Source: Nitrospirota bacterium (lineage in GTDB: Bacteria; Nitrospirota; Nitrospiria; Nitrospirales; Nitrospiraceae). Taken from it: a stretch of 64,000 bases of DNA. The stretch covers positions 160,001 to 224,000 of the forward strand of contig CAVPGK010000010.1 of the NCBI GenBank assembly GCA_963703955.1, read 5' to 3'. Shown here piece after piece: positions 19,274-29,582 of the stretch. How positions within the stretch are numbered: position 1 is the stretch's first letter; each line of letters begins with the position of its first letter. Made by a program: the position numbers and the translations under genes. Under the pieces are notes generated by a model, which was given only the letters and a program-made list of their open reading frames with translations, made no database searches and was not told the DNA's origin.

Positions 19274-19901
19274 CGAGCGCGTATCCATTGCGCGGCTTCT
19301 GCAGTTTCTAGAGCGCGGCGAACGCCTCGCCCACGACTGCGCGCGTGCCCAGGCGGCGCTGGCGCCGGAGGCGGGAATGCGCCGCTTTCTGTTGGGGCAA
19401 GCGCGTCAAGAGTACTACCACGCTGTGGTTTTCCAGGGGGCCATTGCTTGGCTGGCTCCACGGCATGTGGGCGCCGGTCCCTTGCTCTCCCCGCTGGAAC
19501 GGTATCGCGCGTTGCTTGAGGAGGCCTTGGACGATGGAAATCTCGCCGAGACACTCCTAGCGGAGCAGATTATTCTAGAGGGACTGGGTGAAGCCATTTT
19601 GGCGCGGATCGAAGAAGGATTGGTCAAACGCCAGGCGCCTTTTGCTCGACTGCGAAGGATTCTCTTGTACCAAGAAGAAGCACATCATGACTTCGGTCGG
19701 CGGACGTTGGATCGAGCTTTCTCGGCGGGGACGGAGTCAGTCGAGGCTCTCCGTCTCCGTGCGCAAGATTATCTTGCCCTGACTGACACTATGGTGGCGG
19801 GGGTCGCTGACCTCTTCGAATCGATTGACGAGGATCCCTCCCTCTATGCGTCACGCGCGAGGCGCAATCTCCCGGATTGGGTTGTTGCGAAGCCGGCTTG
19901 A
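19257..19901 (+). CDS. Ferritin-like diiron four-helix protein
   Basis: E..QEYYH..LEG..EEAHH paired carboxylate/His motifs; overlaps the DUF547 stop. Confidence 0.75.
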   Translation: MLVRADERVSIARLLQFLERGERLAHDCARAQAALAPEAGMRRFLLGQARQEYYHAVVFQGAIAWLAPRHVGAGPLLSPLERYRALLEEALDDGNLAETLLAEQIILEGLGEAILARIEEGLVKRQAPFARLRRILLYQEEAHHDFGRRTLDRAFSAGTESVEALRLRAQDYLALTDTMVAGVADLFESIDEDPSLYASRARRNLPDWVVAKPA

Positions 19902-19963
19902 TTTGAAGGCGTAGTGTCGCAGCGAAGAATGACGACGCCAACGCCGCAGATGAATCATTATCG

Positions 19964-20650
19964 GTGACCAGAATGATCTCCGTCATCATTCCCACCTACA
20001 ACGAGGAAAAGGCCTTGCCGATGACGCTGGGCCACCTGCTGGCGCAATCGGGTGACTATGAAGTGCTGGTGGTGGATGGAGGCAGCACAGACCAGACGCG
20101 AGACACCGTGTCGATCATGCCGAACGTTCGCCTGATGACGGCCCCAAAAGGCCGGGCCTGCCAGATGAATACCGGCGCCACGCTGGCCACGGGCGAGTGG
20201 CTCTTGTTCCTTCACGCAGATACACGACTACCCGAGGGGGCGTTAGCCAGACTCAACGCCATGGAAGCGGATGAATCGGTTCAGGCCGGAGGGTTTTTGC
20301 ACAGCTTCTCGGGGCATGATTGGCGCCTGAGACTGGTTTCCTACCTCGACAATTTCCGATGCCGACATTCTCGGATTATCTATGGAGACCAGGCTCTATT
20401 CGTGCGACGAACTCTCTTCGAACGACTTGGGGGATTCCCGGACCAGCCGATCTTGGAGGACGTGGCCTTGGGCGAAAAGCTGGCTCGCTTCACCTTGCCG
20501 ATCCTCCTTCAACCTCCGGTCATCACCGATTCACGAAAGTTCGTCAAAATGGGCGTGTGGCGCAGCTTCGCGCGCGTGCTGCTCATCATCCTCCACGTCG
20601 AGTTTCGCCTGCCATTCCTCCCGCGCGTCTTCTTTCAGGATGTTCGTTGA
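19964..20650 (+). CDS. GT2 glycosyltransferase, TIGR04283-like
   Basis: ISVIIPTYNE, VVDGGSTD, GRACQMNTGA, LFLHADT, YGDQALF, LEDV. Confidence 0.85.
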   Translation: MTRMISVIIPTYNEEKALPMTLGHLLAQSGDYEVLVVDGGSTDQTRDTVSIMPNVRLMTAPKGRACQMNTGATLATGEWLLFLHADTRLPEGALARLNAMEADESVQAGGFLHSFSGHDWRLRLVSYLDNFRCRHSRIIYGDQALFVRRTLFERLGGFPDQPILEDVALGEKLARFTLPILLQPPVITDSRKFVKMGVWRSFARVLLIILHVEFRLPFLPRVFFQDVR

Positions 20651-20931
20651 AACCCGGTTGAGCAAGCGCTTGTCGGTTTCGTAGACACGGGCCACGGCTT
20701 ACGGCGAGCCGGACACCGTCGGCCGACGGAATCAATGGAACCATGTTTTTGAATTGCGGTAGTATGTGACCGACACACCCCCGGCATCGATGAAGAGTAT
20801 CCCGCGGGATTAAATGGTTCGATGGATGGACAGTGGACGATCATTGGAGCCACCTTTAGCAAGCAAAGACTGTTCATGGACGAAGAGGTTTGTCGGCCGG
20901 CTTCGCGCGTGACCTCGCGTGCAGGTGGTAG

Positions 20932-21507
20932 ATGCACATTGCACCGGATGCTTCGGATGAAGTGGAACTGGTAGCGCGTAGCCTGAGGCAGGATCGCGAG
21001 GCCTTCGGCGAGTTGATCGAGCGCTATGCTCCTCCGATCTTGAATATAGTCGTTCGCATGGTCGGCCAAGAAACCGACGCCTACCAGGTTGCTCAGGAGA
21101 CGTTTCGCTCGGCGTTCAACACTCTTTCAACTTTCCGGGCGGACTCGAAATTTTCAACCTGGCTCTACCGTATCGCCGTCACTGCATGTCACGATTGGCT
21201 CCGGAGGCATCAGACCGAGGGCCCAACCGGTAACCCAGACGCCGAGTCTGTGCCGGAGGGCATCATCGATCACGGTACAACGGAATACCAACCGTCGGAA
21301 AAGCCGTCGGTTGATCAACTGGATCGCGCGATTCGAGCGCTGCCATGGGTGTACCGAGAGGCCTTCATTCTCAAACACATCGGAGGACTCGGTTACGAGG
21401 AGATCAGCGACATTCTCGATGTCAGCCGGGACACGCTCAAGATGCGTGTCTACAGAGCCCGCTCCAGGCTGTGTCGGGACCTGGTCCAGCTCAGAGGCGA
21501 AGGATAG
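20932..21507 (+). CDS. ECF RNA polymerase sigma factor
   Basis: Region 2 QETF..SKFSTWLYRIA; region 4 YEEISDILDVSRDTLKMRVYRAR. Confidence 0.9.
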   Translation: MHIAPDASDEVELVARSLRQDREAFGELIERYAPPILNIVVRMVGQETDAYQVAQETFRSAFNTLSTFRADSKFSTWLYRIAVTACHDWLRRHQTEGPTGNPDAESVPEGIIDHGTTEYQPSEKPSVDQLDRAIRALPWVYREAFILKHIGGLGYEEISDILDVSRDTLKMRVYRARSRLCRDLVQLRGEG

Positions 21508-21527
21508 CACCGGACCCTAGGTGGGTG

Positions 21528-21887
21528 ATGGATATGGATGAGCCGGAACTGTTGATGCAGCGGTTTGTGGACAACGACCTGACGGCGGAAGAACGCATCC
21601 GGCTACTGCGAATGCTCGATCAGGATAAGGCCCTGCGGCGGCATCTGTTGGATACCGAAGCCCTGATCGCTGACGCCGCACACCTCCCGAGATTTGTTCC
21701 GCCAATCGGGTTTCGGGGTCAGGTGTGCGATCGCCTGGCCGTGCGGCAACCCAGCATCATGACGCGAGCGCGGATTCTGCTGACCGAGCCACATGTCTTT
21801 CGATGGAATGTTGCGGGCGCCCTCGCCGCCGGACTTCTACTGTTGGCTGTGGCGTGGTTTTGGGTGAGCCACTGGCCTGGTAGGTGA
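21528..21887 (+). CDS. Putative anti-sigma factor (short, single TM)
   Basis: Follows the ECF sigma; LMQRFVDNDLTAEE anti-sigma-like N-terminus; ends just after the TM helix. Confidence 0.6.
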   Translation: MDMDEPELLMQRFVDNDLTAEERIRLLRMLDQDKALRRHLLDTEALIADAAHLPRFVPPIGFRGQVCDRLAVRQPSIMTRARILLTEPHVFRWNVAGALAAGLLLLAVAWFWVSHWPGR

Positions 21888-22173
21888 TCGCGGAGGGCGA
21901 TTTCTTCCCGAGGCGATCCCTTCGATAACTTCTCCGCCAAGATGAAGTGAGGCCGCCACCAGAAGGATTCCCACCTCAACTTCAGCCAATAACCATTGTT
22001 CAGTCAAGCTATGACGCGGTAGGTCGCTGAGAACCTTCTTGCAATCAGGCTGTGGAACCACCGTCATGTCAATGGCTTGTGGGCCCAGATTGTAAAGGCA
22101 TGATCGTGCTACGCCCGAGCGAACCCATCACGCCCGTGGTCCTGAGAGCACAAGGCGGTCATAGCCGGAAACA

Positions 22174-22202
22174 TTGACAAATCTCACGTCACCCCTAATA
22201 CT
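22174..22202 (+). promoter_or_regulatory. Candidate sigma70 promoter
   Basis: TTGACA at 22174, followed 16-17 nt later by TAATACT, upstream of the 22255 gene. Confidence 0.4.
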
Positions 22203-22254
22203 TTGAAATGATCGCTCCAGGTATCAATGATACGCGAGAAACTCTCGGTAATTC

Positions 22255-23736
22255 ATGCTTTCCACTGACCGCGTGAGTGTCATGGCTCAAACTCCCTCCA
22301 TTTCCATCCTCCTCGCGAACGCCGAAGCCGAAGAGATCAAGACGACAACCATGGGGATGCGGGTTGTGTTCCCCGGGTGTCGGGTCGAAGCCGTGTACTC
22401 TTCGGAGGAAGCGCTGGAATGGGCTTCGAGGTACGCCTGGGATGTCATTCTGCTGGACGATCGATTACTGCAGGAAAGCTGGTTGACCATGATTCCTGAG
22501 TTCAAGCAGCGTGCCCCGAAAGCCACGGTCATTACACAGACGGAACAGAATGATATCGGCATTGCCATGGAGGCAATCCGCGCCGGTGCGGAACATTGCT
22601 TCTATAAGAAGTCCGCCACGTTTCTGACCGACTTGCCGGTCATCACGAAAGCGTTGTTGGAAAAGCGGCAGATACCGGTGATGCTGGAGCGTGTCACGGA
22701 TCATTTCGTGCCGTTGGCTGAGCATATGACGGAAGTGGTGTATGAGTTGGACCCTGAAGGTCGGTTTGTCAACGTGAGTCCCGGAGTTGTGTCATTGCTC
22801 GGCTATGGCCCGGAGGAACTGATCGGCTGTCATTTTTCTCAAATAGTCCCCGCCGAAGAATTCCACCTGGCTCAGTATCATCTGAACGAGCGGCGCACGG
22901 GGGAGCGGGCGACCCACAATGCGGAACTGCATCTCATCACGAAGCGGGGAGGGGAGAAGCAGCCCCAGATGGTCGAGGTCGAACTCACCGCCATGGGCGT
23001 CTACAATCAGGAACGACAACTCCTGGGAACAGTCGGGGTGATCCGCGACGTTCGAGGGCGCAAGCAGGCCCTTCGGCAGCGCGAAGAGCAGTTGCGGCAG
23101 GAATTGCAGCGGCGTGAAGAAGAGCTCCGTCAAGAGTTCAAGCAACGCGAAGAACACCTCGGCAAGGAATACCACGAGTGGGAGACCAAGCTGGAACGAG
23201 AATTAGGACGTCGCGAGGAGCAACTCCGCCAGGAATTTCAGGAACGTGAAGAGCAGTTTCGGCAAGATCAGGTACGCCATGAGCAGCGTCAGGATCTTTC
23301 CTCAAACGCGGATTCGCCGCATCTATCGGGGACCATTCTACTCGTTGAAGCGCAGGACACCGTCCGTGGCCTCACTCGTGAGGTTCTCCAACGACATGGC
23401 TACACGGTCCTGGAAGCCCCTGACGCCTCTGAAGCTCTGGCCATCTGCAAGACTCAGAAAGGTCCAATTCATCTCCTCGTGACCGATGTGGCCAAGCCTG
23501 GGACGATCGGGCTCGAGCTGGCCAGTCGGCTGACGTTGATGCGATCTGAAATGAAGGTCCTATACCTCTCGGGATATCTGAACGATACGAAAACCCATCT
23601 TAGTCTGCTGACTAGAGGCATTGGGTTCCTTCAGAAGCCATTCACGCCGGATACCTTGATCCACAAGATTGCCGAAATGGTAAACGTCTCTCAAGGTACC
23701 GAGAGCCCGTCTATGAGATTGACCATCATCCCATAA
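22255..23736 (+). CDS. REC-PAS-coiled coil-REC signalling protein without a kinase core
   Basis: N-terminal REC (DVILLD); PAS (LDPEGRFVNVS..LLGY.PEELIG); 11-aa repeats; C-terminal REC (LLVTDV..FLQKPF). Confidence 0.85.
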   Translation: MLSTDRVSVMAQTPSISILLANAEAEEIKTTTMGMRVVFPGCRVEAVYSSEEALEWASRYAWDVILLDDRLLQESWLTMIPEFKQRAPKATVITQTEQNDIGIAMEAIRAGAEHCFYKKSATFLTDLPVITKALLEKRQIPVMLERVTDHFVPLAEHMTEVVYELDPEGRFVNVSPGVVSLLGYGPEELIGCHFSQIVPAEEFHLAQYHLNERRTGERATHNAELHLITKRGGEKQPQMVEVELTAMGVYNQERQLLGTVGVIRDVRGRKQALRQREEQLRQELQRREEELRQEFKQREEHLGKEYHEWETKLERELGRREEQLRQEFQEREEQFRQDQVRHEQRQDLSSNADSPHLSGTILLVEAQDTVRGLTREVLQRHGYTVLEAPDASEALAICKTQKGPIHLLVTDVAKPGTIGLELASRLTLMRSEMKVLYLSGYLNDTKTHLSLLTRGIGFLQKPFTPDTLIHKIAEMVNVSQGTESPSMRLTIIP

Positions 23737-23992
23737 CCTCAGTTCTTGCCTCCTTTCCGTCTTGATCAAGCCTCCGCTTTGCTTAATCTCCCTCATCACC
23801 TGCTGTCGCGCGTGCGCTTAGAGCCGAAAGACATCAGGTCACGGCAGCCTGGCGCAAACCCCGACGACTGAACTCCGCTCTTTCTCCAACAGGAGCAGAA
23901 ATCGGAAAGGGGAGAAGGTAATCACTAGGGAGAGCAGAAGGGGGCCCAGACAGGAGTGATCTGGGCCCCTCGAAGCGTAAGATCCGGCAGGC

Positions 23993-24388
23993 TCATTGGC
24001 AGTTCGGTGGAGGGACGCCAGCGGGGAACATCCTCGCCAGCGCAACCCACCGGGGAACATCTTGGGTGAGGGGGAATGTCACGCCTCCGCCTGTTTGCAG
24101 GTTCATTGCGAGCCATTCCTTATACAGATTACAGACATTCGTGGGATCGGACAGATTCACCCTCTGACTCGATTCACCTGGGAGAGTCGGTGGACCCATG
24201 AGCGTCCTAACGGATGCCATGGACATTCCTGTAGGGAGGATGAGGACCTTCCCTTTCGACTCATACGGTTGACAAAGAAGCTCTACACGATTCGTAAATG
24301 TGCCGTCTTCGCACCTATACATGGGTTCCTCCGCCCATGCGGGAGACGCCGACACGAAGGCCATGACGATCATGATTAGGTATAACAA
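23993..24388 (-). CDS. Secreted hypothetical protein
   Basis: RBS GGAGG before TTG at 24388; signal peptide ending AWA; MYRCEDGTFTNR..C motif. Confidence 0.65.
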   Translation of the reverse strand: MLYLIMIVMAFVSASPAWAEEPMYRCEDGTFTNRVELLCQPYESKGKVLILPTGMSMASVRTLMGPPTLPGESSQRVNLSDPTNVCNLYKEWLAMNLQTGGGVTFPLTQDVPRWVALARMFPAGVPPPNCQ

Positions 24389-24859
24389 GGTAGTACCTCC
24401 GGTTAAGGGTTGAAGCTGAGGACTGATTCTATGTGTCTTGCAACCGTTCCACTTAAATCGACGTTTTCTCTTCGCGAGCCGAAAGAATCCAGAAAATTTC
24501 ATGTCATTGACCGGTAGATCCATCATTACCTATCAACCCGTCGACAGTAGCATAATAAACCACAACACTGTACGTATTCAAGTCTAAGTAATTCATGTAC
24601 CTCATTGCCCTCCCACTCCTGGGCGAATATTGAATCTACCCCTACCATCCTTCGAACCCGGAGCTTCCCGTCGAGTCCACGGTGACTGTGGAGGTAGCCT
24701 ATGCTACGTGAATTTACATGCTTGTGGCAAGACGGGCCAACACCGCGTCGATATTGATCAAATAGATCGGGGGGACAGCCTTCCCCAACTCTGATTGAAA
24801 CCTGATTTCAGATGAGCGCGTCCTTGCTGCCTACGCCAAGCATGGTATAGTCTGCCGCC

Positions 24860-25498
24860 ATGGCAGGGCAGGACTATTACCGGACACTCAGGGTTCCACG
24901 GGACGCTTCTAATGAAGAGATTAAGAAGGCCTACCGCAAGCTGGTCTTCGAGCACCACCCTGACCGGAATCCGAACAGCAAAGAGGCCGAGGCGGCAATT
25001 CGCGAGATCAACGCCGCCTATGAGGTCATCGGCGACCCGGACTCCAGAAAAACCTATGACCGGCTGAGGTTTGGCGATGAGATCATTGCCGAAACGCCCG
25101 ACCTGGGGGTGGTCCTCCAGCACATGGAGGACAAGCTCTTTGACGAGGGACGGAAGGACCTGTTTACGGTCCTGATGAAAAATGTCGGGCTGATCAAATC
25201 GGAGCTGGCACTCATTCGGACGCGAACGGTTGAGGCGCAGGGTTATGACTCGTTCAAGGAGAGTATTGTGTTGCAGCGCGCGGCGGAAGCCCTGCCTGAC
25301 CTGCTCACACCCGACATGGAAGCCAGGAAAAAACGACTCCTCGATGTGGCCGTTCAGATGATGATCTCTCAGCGCGTCGTCGGCAAAGAGGATGAACAGG
25401 GGGTCAATGTCATGCGCGATCGATTTGAAGACGTGTATCGGCGAGGGCTGCTGGTAGGATTTCAGAGTGCGTTGGAGTTATTTTACGTGCGGCGATGA
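24860..25498 (+). CDS. J-domain (DnaJ-like, class C) protein
   Basis: DYYRTL..IKKAYRKL..HHPDRN..INAAYEVI; no Zn-finger region. TGnTATAGT lies 8 nt before the ATG, so the mRNA may be leaderless. Confidence 0.88.
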   Translation: MAGQDYYRTLRVPRDASNEEIKKAYRKLVFEHHPDRNPNSKEAEAAIREINAAYEVIGDPDSRKTYDRLRFGDEIIAETPDLGVVLQHMEDKLFDEGRKDLFTVLMKNVGLIKSELALIRTRTVEAQGYDSFKESIVLQRAAEALPDLLTPDMEARKKRLLDVAVQMMISQRVVGKEDEQGVNVMRDRFEDVYRRGLLVGFQSALELFYVRR

Positions 25499-25524
25499 AA
25501 GGCGGCCGTCCCTACTTGCCGACG

Positions 25525-26262
25525 CTAGGCACCACGTCTCCGTGCGGTGAGCGTGAGGAACTCGTGGCCGTCGGTGCGGTGTTTCGCTGGGAAGTGGTGG
25601 AAGCAGAAGTACTCCAAGGTGTCCACGGTGAAGCCAGCCTCCTCCGCGCAACGGCGCAGCACGTCCTTCTCAAAGATATGCACCATCGGCGGGAGTCTCT
25701 CCTTCCAATCCGGCGTCGCGACGGTGCGAGGATCGAACATGCCAGGCCAGCGTTCGCCGCCGCGCGCTCGCTTCTCATACTCCGGCCGTAATTTGCGATA
25801 GAAGCTCAGGCTGGGCGTCATCACGACCACGTAGAACGCCCCGCCCGGTTCGAGCCAGCGTCGAACGCTGTGGAAGGCGAGCTCGACCGTCGGTCCATCG
25901 AAAAAATGCAGCACTTGCGCGGCAAGCACTCCGCTCAAACTGCCATCAGCGAGGCGAATCTCCTCGGGAAACCGCGCCGGCATCAGCACGAGACGCTTGC
26001 GATCCTCTGCGGACGCGGCCGAGGCCAGCACGCCGAGCTCGGAGGCCGAGAGGTCGTTGGCAATCACCGTGGCTCCGGCGCGCAGGGCGGGCAGCGTGGT
26101 GTTGCCGAAGGCCGCGCCGATTTCCAGCAGCGGACGACCGGCCCTGCCGGCCAGCTCGATGAACGCCTCCGCTGCGGGCGAGGGCTCCTCGGTCATGATG
26201 CCCATGGCGTTGTCGGTCGGGATTAACCCGTCCTCGACGGCTCTCGGCCAGTGCTCGTTCAT
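25525..26262 (-). CDS. Class I SAM-dependent methyltransferase
   Basis: LLEIGAAFG motif I, VIANDLS, QVLHFF, WLEPGG; RBS GGAGG; visibly higher GC than its neighbours. Confidence 0.85.
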   Translation of the reverse strand: MNEHWPRAVEDGLIPTDNAMGIMTEEPSPAAEAFIELAGRAGRPLLEIGAAFGNTTLPALRAGATVIANDLSASELGVLASAASAEDRKRLVLMPARFPEEIRLADGSLSGVLAAQVLHFFDGPTVELAFHSVRRWLEPGGAFYVVVMTPSLSFYRKLRPEYEKRARGGERWPGMFDPRTVATPDWKERLPPMVHIFEKDVLRRCAEEAGFTVDTLEYFCFHHFPAKHRTDGHEFLTLTARRRGA

Positions 26263-26344
26263 GGATATGACGCCTCCAATTGGCCGGGGACGGGGCCTGC
26301 AAACAGCGCGGCGAAGTACTGCACCTTCCGTCGGTCACTCGTCC

Positions 26345-26405
26345 AGCTAACGTTGGGCGTCAGCCGCGGCCGCTTGCGGGCGTCGGTTGCACGCCATGGT
26401 TAGAA
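26345..26405 (-). other. Integron attC site (61 bp)
   Basis: Minus strand: R'' TTCTAAC, 5-bp spacer, L'' CGT(G)CAAC, palindromic centre with a second extrahelical base, L' GCTGACG, 6-bp spacer, R' GTTAGCT. Confidence 0.92.
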
Positions 26406-27185
26406 GGCGAAACTTCCGGAGACCACAGTTTCCGCCAACTGGCGATCAACTGTTTTGTTTGTCGATGTTGTGGAAACCGCGACGTGATGTTGAGAGCACG
26501 GCACGCACCATCATAGAGATCTACTACCGAATTGGCCGTGATGTGCAGAAATCGTTCGACATCGCCGTGGCGGATTGGCGACTTACCACGAACAGGTTCG
26601 TATGTGACTCGCTTCCGCTTGACCTCGAATACTCCCATCCGTCGGTCGTGGATAATCTCGTTTCGTTTGGTCGAGAGCCATTCAATGTCCTTTTCACTCG
26701 CAGTGAACTTAAATCCGTGATGCTCTCTCAATTCCCTGAATCGGTTAGCGACGCTCCATTGAGAACGGTCACGAACTCGTCGCTTTACGATGTCATGAAG
26801 CAGTTCCTCGACGGATCTTGCGTCAAGAATCTTCCCAAGCTTTACCTGCACTTATTCGCCAAGGTTTGCTGGGTTTTTCAGATACAGTGCTTCTTCTACC
26901 TCCGCAAGAATAGCCTCCAGCCACGAGAAGGCTAAGACAACCGAGCTTTCCTGAAAGATAACGTCAAAGTAGCTATATTCATGCGGTGTAACGTTCCTAA
27001 GTTCCTTCACAACAGGAAGGTCGACAGATTCATATAGCCCACGATTCCGCACATTCACATCGAGAATGCAGATTTGCGCTGTATTTCCAGTGATCCGGTA
27101 AAGGGTCAGCTGAAAATAACCGTGCACGAGAGTGCTCGCTGCTTTCAGAAAGGCTTCGCGAGAATCCACTGGAGTCGCCTTCTAA
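26351..27185 (-). mobile_element. Integron gene cassette (835 bp)
   Basis: Starts G/TTAGAAGGCGA (27186..27175), the exact reverse complement of TCGCCTTCTAAC at its own attC R''. The ORF starts 16 nt after the crossover and ends inside attC. Lower GC than the flanks. Confidence 0.88.
26360..27169 (-). pseudogene. HEPN-motif protein interrupted by an in-frame TAA (26854..26852)
   Basis: ORFs 26852..27169 and 26360..26851 abut in the same frame; helical protein with RNEIIH (RxxxxH). Confidence 0.65.
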
Positions 27186-27199
27186 CTTGTATCTTTACT

Positions 27200-28351
<1,152 letters not shown>

Positions 28352-28601
28352 AACTGAACACAGTTGCTATTAAGTGTGCTGCAGGCCACCTGTGCAGCAT
28401 AGCGTGGTGACCTGAAAGCTCAACTGACGCGAAAGTCTACTGCAAACTCGCAGGGTTATCTAGTGGGTGGCCCTGCGTCGCCCGCCTGGATAGACGGTGA
28501 ATCCTGCAGTCTATCCAGCTCCCAGCCCGCAGTGGATCCCAGCAGACAACTTGCAGTCAGAGACGGTCCGCCGGGCTGTCTCCGTGTCTATTCGGAATGA
28601 G

Positions 28602-29009
28602 CTATTCCGGCAAGGTCACTAGGTTGCAATGGGCGGCAATTCGCAAGAAATCTTTGTCCGCTGTGAGCAGCGGAAACCCGTGCTGGAAGCAGGCTGCCGC
28701 GATCAGAAAGTCGATTGGGCTGGCCAGAACTCCTTTGGTTCGACAGAGCGATCGGACTCGCGCTGCAGCCACGTAGATCTGGCGGTCCAATTCGAGAAGC
28801 GGAAAAGCATCCATGAGGGAGAGCAAGCGGTCGAATTGTTGAGGAGATCTGAGGCCGTCTAAGAGTTCCTGGAGAATATTGCCGATCAAGAAGATCCCAT
28901 CTCCTGATTCCAGGTGCCGGCGAAAAGCGAGAACATGGGGGTTAGCCTCATTAACGCGCGGCCTTCTCAACACCAGCGACCATACGGAGGTATCAACGAC
29001 CAGATTCAC
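28602..29009 (-). CDS. vapC: PIN-domain toxin, type II TA
   Basis: VVDTSVW, LQELLDG, IDFLIAA, LLTADKDF. Confidence 0.9.
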   Translation of the reverse strand: MNLVVDTSVWSLVLRRPRVNEANPHVLAFRRHLESGDGIFLIGNILQELLDGLRSPQQFDRLLSLMDAFPLLELDRQIYVAAARVRSLCRTKGVLASPIDFLIAAACFQHGFPLLTADKDFLRIAAHCNLVTLPE

Positions 29010-29205
29010 GGCCTCGACGATCTTTCTTGTAGTCCCAGGTTTTGCGGAACTCGATGGTGCCGAGAGCTTTCAGGATCTCGCGTTGTCGTCTCCGTTGGAT
29101 GAACTCCGTCAAGGCTTGCGTGACCGTCTCTTTCTTCGTGCGGAGTTTCCCGATGCGACGGGCCCGCTCGAGCAGCGCATCATCGATGGCCAGATTGGTC
29201 GCCAT
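28993..29205 (-). CDS. vapB: Antitoxin, type II TA
   Basis: MATNLAIDDALLERA..TKKETVTQAL RHH pattern; overlaps the vapC start; RBS GGAGG. Confidence 0.88.
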   Translation of the reverse strand: MATNLAIDDALLERARRIGKLRTKKETVTQALTEFIQRRRQREILKALGTIEFRKTWDYKKDRRGRESGR

Positions 29206-29289
29206 GTAAACCTCCATGTGTAAGAACTACACATAGAGTAACGCATGCGGGTAAAATGTGTCAAACTGGCGACCAGAGTGCCCTTCGTG

Positions 29290-29508
29290 CCCAAGATTCC
29301 CCGCCCGATAGTCGTGGCCGATCAGGACAGAATAGATTGGCCCTGTAGGATGGACGGACTTGAAACGAAGACTCGGATGGTTCGGATTCTGGTGGAAGAG
29401 TCGATAGATCCGACGCACAGACGTTGAACTTCTGTCGGCAAGTGGTGTCCGAGATTCACAATTTGTCGCATCAAGCTTCTCCGTCCGCCCGGCACGATGC
29501 TCTGCCAA
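29290..29508 (-). pseudogene. Relic of a RelE/ParE-like toxin plus antitoxin tail
   Basis: YRLFHQNPNHPSLRFKSVHPTGPIYSVLIGHDYRA toxin core with a broken N-terminus; upstream AEHRAGRTEKL resembles an antitoxin C-terminus. Confidence 0.65.
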
Positions 29509-29582
29509 TTTCCAACCTTAGTTTATGCTTTTGCCCACCATGTTAATTCATGTCCACGCTCTAAGATTTTCAGTCCACTGCC

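Noticed and set aside
24860..25498. dnaJ
   Set aside because: Only the J-domain is present; the G/F region, zinc finger and dnaK/grpE context are missing.
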